Shown in pieces: positions 18,587 through 25,099 of a stretch of 32,000 bases of DNA. The notes below the pieces were generated by a model. That model saw nothing but the letters and a program-made list of their open reading frames with translations, had not been told where the DNA came from and did no database searches. This DNA is from Ignavibacteria bacterium. Lineage in GTDB: Bacteria > Bacteroidota > Ignavibacteria > Ignavibacteriales > Melioribacteraceae. Location: positions 5,610-37,609 of the forward strand of contig JASFMY010000027.1 in the NCBI GenBank assembly GCA_050117315.1. Reading direction: 5' to 3'. Numbering within the stretch: position 1 is the stretch's first letter; every line of letters starts with the position of its first letter. A program made the position numbers and the translations under genes.

Positions 18587-19005
18587 GATAATACTTCCTT
18601 TACTGTCTTATGCGGAAAAATATTATTATTAATATTGATTGAATAACAGTTACAAAAGTTATAAATCGCTGAGTTTATAATCGAAATGTAAATAAAGCTA
18701 TAAATTAAACTGCCATACAAATGTACGTTAATATGCCAAATGATTCAACAAATTAATTTCTTAAAAGGGTTACTCTCGGAAGAATCTTTTTATTTTTTCA
18801 ATTAATTTAATTTCCTGGAATCAGATAAATCATACACAGCTCAAATATATAGTAATGCCGATGATTCCGATTTCAAAGCCAATCCTACAACTTATAAGAA
18901 TGAAGGAATAATAATCCTAGATACGGAAACGCAGGAAGTAATTAAAAAACAGTATAAAATAAACTGCTGAAAACACTTGCTATGTTTAGCATCCGATAAA
19001 TAATA

Positions 19006-20460
19006 TCACCCTACAATAAATTCTTTCGGGATAGTAAAATAAAAGGTTGTTCCTTTTCCCTTCTGGGATTCAACCCATACTTTCCCGTTATGAAACTCAA
19101 TTATTCTTTTAACAATTGCCAGTCCTATGCCTGTGCCCTCAAATTGTTTGTCGCTTGTTGCACGCTGGAAAGGATTGAAAATTTTATCACAATCTTTTTT
19201 ATCTATACCGATTCCGTTGTCTTTAACAAAGAAGCAATACAAGCCGGGGTAATTATTATTTCCTGCTTCTCCTATTTCAATAATTGGTTCGGGCTTATCA
19301 TTATATTTTATGGAATTGGAAATTAGATTTTTCCACACTTGCGGAAACCTGACGGGGTCGCATATAAATGACGGTAGATTTTCCTGTATAATAAGTTTAA
19401 CGTTTTGTTTTTTTATTGTGAAATCCAGTTCTTCACGGATTTCATTTAACATCGAACTCATTGATACAATCTCTTTTGAAAATTCAACCTTTCCTGCTGT
19501 TGCAAATTCCAGTAAGTCGGTTATTAATGCCGTCATTTTTTCCCCGGAGTTAATAATAGCCTGCAGTAGCTGGCTGTCCTCTTCATTTATTTTATCTTGA
19601 TATTCTTCCAGAAGAATTCCGGCAGATCCTACAATTGCTGTCAACGGCGATTTAAGATCATGTGCAGCTATGAATGAAAAATTTTCCAGCTCTTCGTATC
19701 GTTTGCTTATTTCATCAACCATTGCATTAAAAGCAATAATAAGCATTCCGATCTCATCTTTTGCTTCAACCTGCAGTTCAACATTAAAATCACGTGCTGC
19801 TATGCGCTGGGCCATGTTGACAAGTTTAAGAATTGGTTTTGATATATATTTTATTGAATAAATTACGACAGCAACGGATATAATTACGGCAATAAAAAAG
19901 ATTAGGGAAAAGAATATAAAAGATTTTTTCCTTTCGTTATGAATTCTGTCATAAGTTTTGTCAACCTTTGTTTGAATCGATTTTATAAATTCCTGTGCTG
20001 CCTTATCGATATTTGCATCATATGTGTAATTCAGTTTATAAATGAGTTTCGCCACGCTGTCGTTTGCATTACTTTTAGTAGCGGAAAGTAGTTGCGGTAA
20101 TGCAGCTTTTATACTGTCAATATTATTTTTTATATCCTTTGATTTTTGTTTTTCCCCGGGTAGAATTAATAATCCCTCAAGATAGTTAAGTTTTTCTATT
20201 ATTTTTTTTCCAAGATTATTGTAATTATCGTAATATTGCTGGTCTTCCGTGATGATATAATTTTTTGCAGTTATTAAAAGAGAACGAATATCTAATTGCA
20301 GATCAGCTAAAGCTTTTCCTTTTTTTGTTTCTTCAAGGAGTTCATGTATATTTTGATGAGAGTTATTAAGCTCGATTGTAGAAAATGTGCCGACGGCAAC
20401 CAGCAGAATTATTATGAGTATAAAAGGAACGGTTATTTTTTTTGTAATAGTATAACGCAT
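19006..20460 (-). CDS. Membrane sensor histidine kinase (helical periplasmic sensor, HAMP, HisKA, HATPase_c)
   Basis: Two TM helices (VPFILIIILLVAVG; FIFFSLIFFIAVIISVAVVIY). HAMP (PILKLVNMAQRIAARDF...DEIGMLIIAFNAM). H-box FSFIAAHDLKSPL. DNGIGI / GTGIGL boxes. The ATG at 20460 behind GAGG is preferred over the TTG at 20481. Confidence 0.88.
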   Translation of the reverse strand: MRYTITKKITVPFILIIILLVAVGTFSTIELNNSHQNIHELLEETKKGKALADLQLDIRSLLITAKNYIITEDQQYYDNYNNLGKKIIEKLNYLEGLLILPGEKQKSKDIKNNIDSIKAALPQLLSATKSNANDSVAKLIYKLNYTYDANIDKAAQEFIKSIQTKVDKTYDRIHNERKKSFIFFSLIFFIAVIISVAVVIYSIKYISKPILKLVNMAQRIAARDFNVELQVEAKDEIGMLIIAFNAMVDEISKRYEELENFSFIAAHDLKSPLTAIVGSAGILLEEYQDKINEEDSQLLQAIINSGEKMTALITDLLEFATAGKVEFSKEIVSMSSMLNEIREELDFTIKKQNVKLIIQENLPSFICDPVRFPQVWKNLISNSIKYNDKPEPIIEIGEAGNNNYPGLYCFFVKDNGIGIDKKDCDKIFNPFQRATSDKQFEGTGIGLAIVKRIIEFHNGKVWVESQKGKGTTFYFTIPKEFIVG

Positions 20461-21003
20461 ATAAGCCTCAATTTTTTTCAAAAGGTCCTTACTTACCGTG
20501 GTTTTGTATTAATGTCTTATTTATCGTATCAGTAAATCCTTTAGTGGGGACGGTTTTTTTCAGTACAGAGAAGGATGAAAGATTTATTTTTGATTAATAT
20601 CGTAATATCTTTCAAAAAAGCCAATAGTCATTGGAAACATACCGGAATAGAGGGTAGTTCCATTATTAAAGATAAAATTTGGTATAATATTTTATGCATT
20701 ATATTTAGCATTGAGATGTTTAAATTTTTTAGCCGCTTCTATTATCCAAATAAGAAGATTACTTATTGTAACGTACGGGACAATACATATTAAACAAAAG
20801 TATATGGCCTTGCTATCAACAACCTGCCAATCAGAAATACAGGTAAATAAGGCTGGTTGGTAAGCCTAAATTTCTTTAATTTTATAATTGATTTTATTGA
20901 ATATGTCTTTAAAAGAAATATTTATCTTTGCTCCTTAAATAGTGCTCTGTCATATTAAACATGTAAATAAAATAAACCCTTTTAAATAAATAGAGGATAT
21001 CTT

Positions 21004-23628
21004 ATGATGGACAAACTTACTCGATCTTTCTCAATCAGTATCCCGGTTTTATTATTCCTTTTCAGTTTTACTTTTGTATTTACTCAAACGGGTGAAGAAG
21101 GCTTAGTTATTGGAAAAGCAGGTTATTTTGAAATGCCCGGATTAAATGTACTTGTGTATAATAATACATTCCCTGAAGGACACCAGGGCGGTGTTGAAAT
21201 TATTCAACACGGCAACCGTGTAGCAACTAACGGTGAATTGCGCTTAAGCCCTTCACCCGGACAATGGCAGCCAATACCCAAATTAGGTGTTGGGTATGAA
21301 GCGCGTGGCGTTAGTCCCCAGGAAGTAGGTTTAACAAGCAGAGTTGTTGATTCGTTGAACAATGAAGTACGTATGCCTTGCAGTTATCCAGACAGCAGCA
21401 GGTCACGTCAGGGTTTTAATCCTATCATCTATCCCGATTTACAATTGAAGTATGAGGTAAAAGTAAAAGCAGAAGGAAAGTCATTTACAATAACTGTTGA
21501 TCTTGAAGAGCCTATTCCCGACGAGTGGGTCGGACGTGTCGGTTATAACCTGGAATTATTCCCCGGTGATCTTTACGGTAAAACATATTTCATGGATAAT
21601 ACCGGCGGCATATTTCCACGGCAGGCTAACGGGCCTACTTATTTTAACAACAAAAATGAAGCGGAAGCAGTGCCTCTGGCGGAAGGCAACAAACTTGTAG
21701 TAGCTCCTGAAAGCGATTTACACCGTATGATTATTGAAAGTCCCCGGGCAAAAATAAAGCTGTTGGACGGTAGTTTAAAACACAATAACGGCTGGTTTAC
21801 ATTGCGTTCATTAATTCCCGCCGGTGCTGCCAAGGGTGCTGTACAATGGAAAATTTCGCCGAATGTAATTCCCGGTTGGATGGATAAACCCGTCGTACAT
21901 GTAAGCCAGGTTGGTTATCACCCGGGTCAATCCAAAATAGCTTTTATCGAACTTGATAAAAGAGATGAAAATTTACTGAATGCATCTTTAATGAAACTAG
22001 AAAGCAGCGGGGATTACAAGGTTATAAAAGAAGGAAAACCTGAAATATGGGGACAGTACTTGAGGTATCAATATGCTGAATTTGATTTTTCCGAAATCAC
22101 CGAAGAAGGTATGTACGTAGTAAAATACGGAGATTTTGAAACCAATGTGTTCAGTATTAACAAGGATGTATATAAACGGCATGTATGGCAGCCAACCCTT
22201 GAATATTTTCTCCCTGTTCAAATGTGCCATATGAGAGTGAATCAAAAATACCGCGTTTGGCACGGTGCATGTCACCTTGATGATGCTTTGATGGCTCCGC
22301 TTAACGTTCGCCATTTTGACGGCTACAACAACGAAGCCGAAACATCGACCTTAACGGAATATAACCCCCTGGAACCTGTACCGGGATTAAACATCGGCGG
22401 ATGGCACGATGCAGGGGACTATGATATTAGGGTTGAGTCACAGGCGCAAACAGTCTTAGCGCTTGCTTATGCTTATGAAGAATTTGGTGTTGATTACGAC
22501 GAAACATTTATCGACCAGGAAAACCGGCACGTAGAAATACATCAACCCGACGGCAAACCTGACATACTTCAGCAGGTGGAGCATGGCGTTCTTTCGATAT
22601 TATCGGGTTACCGACAGTTCGGTAAATTATACCGCGGTATTATAGTTCCCACTTTAAGGCAGTATGTTCACCTGGGAGACGCGGCAACTCAAACTGATAA
22701 TAAAGTATTCAGCGACAAAGAAATGCAGGCAAAAGCTGCTGAATTTGATGAGCTGTGGTATAAAAAAGTTGCCAACAGGTATTCCAACATTTTCGATCCG
22801 GAATTAAATAATGATGAAGTTGAAGCGGTAATACCTGAACTTGACGACCGATTGGTTTTTATGGAAACTAATCCGGGCAGACAGTTGTTTGGCGCTTCTG
22901 CATTAGCCGTTGCTGCACGGGTGTTGAAAGATTACGATCCTGAGTTATCTAAAGAGTGCTTGGCTGCTGCCGAAGATTTATGGCAGAAGAACAAGGACGG
23001 AGAAGGCCGGTTTATGGAAATGCAGAAAATGCAAATACTTGTTGAATTGATACGCACTACTGGTAAAGACGAATATAAAAATGCTTTATGCGGTTTCGCT
23101 TCGTTAGTAAGAAAAGGTTTTGGCTGGTTCGGCTGGTCATTGGGCGGAATTTTGGATCAAATAGAATGTACTGAATTTAAAGACTCGGTTAATGCTGCGG
23201 CAGTCGCATATAAATCCGAATTCAATAAAATACTGGAAGAATCACCCTTTGGATCAACCCTGGCTCATACCGAATACATTGCTTACCGCCAGTATTTTTT
23301 ATATAAGTATTGGCCGGATTTATATCCTGCAGAATATATGTTCTCCATAGTTAATTATCTCTTAGGATGCCGTCCGGGTAATACCACCAACAGTTTGGTT
23401 TCCGGGGTGGGTGTTAATTCGCCTACTATAGCTTACGGTACAAACAGGGCGGACTGGAGTTATATTCCGGGAGGTACGTTCTGGAACGCGGTTAATTTAG
23501 TAAGCCCAGATTTTGCCGAAGATAAAGTCTGGCCTTTCTTGTGGCAGGAAAGGGAATATATTATTACAACGCCCTGTTATTATATGTTCTCCGTACTTGC
23601 AGCTGATAAAATATTAAATGAAAAATAA
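21004..23628 (+). CDS. Secreted glycoside hydrolase family 9-like protein with Ig-like CelD_N domain and a ~290-aa N-terminal domain of unknown type
   Basis: Signal peptide. Ig-like module PVVHVSQVGYHPGQSKIAFIEL...EGMYVVKYGDFETNVFSINKDVY. GH9 signature GGWHDAGDYDIRVESQAQTV. AGAGGA RBS. Confidence 0.75.
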   Translation: MMDKLTRSFSISIPVLLFLFSFTFVFTQTGEEGLVIGKAGYFEMPGLNVLVYNNTFPEGHQGGVEIIQHGNRVATNGELRLSPSPGQWQPIPKLGVGYEARGVSPQEVGLTSRVVDSLNNEVRMPCSYPDSSRSRQGFNPIIYPDLQLKYEVKVKAEGKSFTITVDLEEPIPDEWVGRVGYNLELFPGDLYGKTYFMDNTGGIFPRQANGPTYFNNKNEAEAVPLAEGNKLVVAPESDLHRMIIESPRAKIKLLDGSLKHNNGWFTLRSLIPAGAAKGAVQWKISPNVIPGWMDKPVVHVSQVGYHPGQSKIAFIELDKRDENLLNASLMKLESSGDYKVIKEGKPEIWGQYLRYQYAEFDFSEITEEGMYVVKYGDFETNVFSINKDVYKRHVWQPTLEYFLPVQMCHMRVNQKYRVWHGACHLDDALMAPLNVRHFDGYNNEAETSTLTEYNPLEPVPGLNIGGWHDAGDYDIRVESQAQTVLALAYAYEEFGVDYDETFIDQENRHVEIHQPDGKPDILQQVEHGVLSILSGYRQFGKLYRGIIVPTLRQYVHLGDAATQTDNKVFSDKEMQAKAAEFDELWYKKVANRYSNIFDPELNNDEVEAVIPELDDRLVFMETNPGRQLFGASALAVAARVLKDYDPELSKECLAAAEDLWQKNKDGEGRFMEMQKMQILVELIRTTGKDEYKNALCGFASLVRKGFGWFGWSLGGILDQIECTEFKDSVNAAAVAYKSEFNKILEESPFGSTLAHTEYIAYRQYFLYKYWPDLYPAEYMFSIVNYLLGCRPGNTTNSLVSGVGVNSPTIAYGTNRADWSYIPGGTFWNAVNLVSPDFAEDKVWPFLWQEREYIITTPCYYMFSVLAADKILNEK

Positions 23629-23665
23629 AAAATTCTTAATGGAAATAAGCAGTCACTAATTTTAT

Positions 23666-23721
23666 AGGCTGTCTCGTATGTAACACAGATTTTTAATCTG
23701 TGTTTTTGGGACAGCCTTTTA
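23666..23721 (+). terminator. Nested-hairpin terminator after the GH9 gene
   Basis: Outer stem aggctgtc (23666-23673) / gacagcct (23710-23717) encloses a perfect 9-bp hairpin acacagatt-ttt-aatctgtgt and is followed by ttt. Confidence 0.7.
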
Positions 23722-23743
23722 ATAAAATACAGTGAGGCGAGAA

Positions 23744-23960
23744 ATGAAAACAAAAAAATTATATTTTCTGATTATTACCGTTATTTCTGTCGCTTTATTA
23801 TTTGGCTGATACAAACAAATCCGTTGCAAGATGTATATGTCCCCATAATGAGGTATTTAATTTTAGTGTACCTGACAACGAGAAATTAGAAATAGTATTC
23901 AGCTATATGGCAAGTACAAATAAAGAGTATTACACTTTGGCAGATACTACAATTTTTTAG
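23744..23960 (+). pseudogene. Small secreted-protein gene interrupted by a +1 frameshift (21-aa signal-peptide ORF followed by a 51-codon out-of-frame continuation)
   Basis: GAGG RBS, then ATG at 23744 giving MKTKKLYFLIITVISVALLFG and a stop at 23807. The +1 frame from 23805 reads ADTNKSVARCICPHNEVFNFSVPDNEKLEIVFSYMASTNKEYYTLADTTIF with a stop at 23958. Removing one G of the GG at 23804-23805 fuses the two parts. Confidence 0.5.
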
Positions 23961-24064
23961 AATTATTTTTACGAAGTATTTTCCTGACTCCCGGATGTGG
24001 GTTGGATGTTAACCCCGGTGAAACATTATAGTCCTACAGGAAATTTATAACGCTTGCCCGTAGC

Positions 24065-24174
24065 ATTACCGGTAATGTTATGCTTCAAACCTAGTAATAA
24101 AATGGAATAAAACTAGTGATGTTTTAAACCAAACTTAGTAATTAAACGAAGTAAAACCGGTAGTATTTTTTTTA
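24065..24174. repeat. Five tandem 22-bp units with a conserved 12-nt core (AAAMCYRGTRRT) and a variable 10-nt remainder
   Basis: Cores start at 24065, 24087, 24109, 24131 and 24153, an exact 22-bp phase. Units: attaccggtaat / aaacctagtaat / aaaactagtgat / aaacttagtaat / aaaaccggtagt. The first lies inside a perfect 14-bp palindrome CATTACCGGTAATG (24064-24077). Confidence 0.85.
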
Positions 24175-24180
24175 ATATCA

Positions 24181-24345
24181 TTACAATGCTTTATAGTAAA
24201 TCATTGTATATATCACCGTAATTGATATTGCAACAGATAAAAGAAGAATTAGGGAAATTAATATGAATGCCTTTTCTCTTTCGCTATGAATTTCTTCATA
24301 AGTTTCGTCTGCCTTTTCCTGAATCAACAATATAAGTTCCGATAC
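24181..24345 (-). pseudogene. Remnant of a sensor histidine kinase paralog (region around the second TM helix), truncated and frameshifted
   Basis: Nucleotide similarity to 19888-19990 of the intact HAMP kinase, for example attagggaaa and tttcgNtatgaatt. One frame translates to ...YEEIHSEREKAFILISLILLLSVAISITVIYTMIYYKAL*, compare intact TYDRIHNERKKSFIFFSLIFFIAVIISVAVVIYS. The preceding IQEKADET segment (compare IQTKVDKT) lies in another frame. Confidence 0.7.
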
Positions 24346-24440
24346 GTAATAAATTAATAACCTATCTGTTTAATAATCAATATTATTGTCGTATTTTAAG
24401 GTTGATAAATTTATTAATTATAAATGTTTTGGATTTTTGG

Positions 24441-24610
24441 TTTAATCCGCCTTCACATTCGCTACGGCGGACCTGCCTGCCCCTAGAGGGAGGGCTTTGG
24501 CACCGGCAAGGCAGGCGAGAAGACGGGGTTTAATTCCCCGTCGCTTGCGGCGGAAGAGGGTTTGGTTTGCCACGGCGAATTGCCTCGAGGTTCATACCAT
24601 TGATTTGAAG
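24441..24610. repeat. GC-rich structured repeat, copy B (full length, 170 nt)
   Basis: See copy A. It carries an additional ~44-nt internal hairpin (cctgcctgcc ... ggcaaggcagg). Confidence 0.85.
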
Positions 24611-24804
24611 AATTAGGTGAACAAAACCGCAAAAGGCTGAGCAAAAATTTTTTATTACTGCAAAGATAAAATAGGATTCATTTAAAAAGAAGTTTTTGGC
24701 AGCGGCTTATCGCAACGTTAGCTACCGGTAAATATTATGAGGAGACAACTCTGTTAATATCTTTATCCGATGTTACAAGAGGAAATAATGATCTATACAC
24801 AAGC

Positions 24805-24898
24805 CAAATTGGTTTTGGGATTTTGCCATAAAGTCCTCTTTTTTTAAGAGAGGATTTAGGTGAGTTCTAAATAAAAACTAAATCCCAAAACCAATTTG
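24805..24898. repeat. 19-bp perfect inverted repeat with a 56-nt loop, about 200 nt upstream of the T9SS cargo gene
   Basis: caaattggttttgggattt (24805-24823) is the exact reverse complement of aaatcccaaaaccaatttg (24880-24898). The loop holds a smaller hairpin, tcctct-N9-agagga. Confidence 0.8.
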
Positions 24899-25099
24899 CA
24901 ACAAGTATATAATAAGATCAACTAAAACAGAAAGGAAAGGATTTCGTTAGTAGTCATACCTATTCTGATGAACACCTACTATATGATATTTATTGATTCA
25001 GTTGAAGTGATTAGAATTATAAAAAAATAAAATGCATTACTCAGCTGTTGTTCTTTGTAATGAAGAAACTTACATCAATAAAAAACTTAGGAGGTTATT

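Noticed and set aside
18740-18970. 76-codon plus-strand reading frame with one in-frame TAA (MIQQINFLKGLLSEESFYFFN*FNFLESDKSYTAQ...KKQYKINC) in the 420-bp gap between the radical SAM and HAMP kinase genes
   Set aside because: No RBS and no recognisable motif. A 54-codon open stretch is within chance expectation for six frames, so it might be a decayed gene but I cannot support that.
20575-20793. 72-aa plus-strand ORF between the HAMP kinase and GH9 genes
   Set aside because: Low-complexity Ile/Phe/Lys-rich product, an SD-like AAGG immediately adjacent to the ATG (poor spacing) and no motifs. It is not supportable without transcript or homology data.
24065-24174. Possible CRISPR array (regular repeat/spacer look)
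   Set aside because: The 12-nt conserved core and 10-nt variable part are far too short, the cores are degenerate, and there are no cas genes or leader.
24960-25010. CTGATGA hammerhead-like core upstream of the 25100 gene
   Set aside because: No stem II hairpin or properly placed GAAA follows, so only the heptamer matches.
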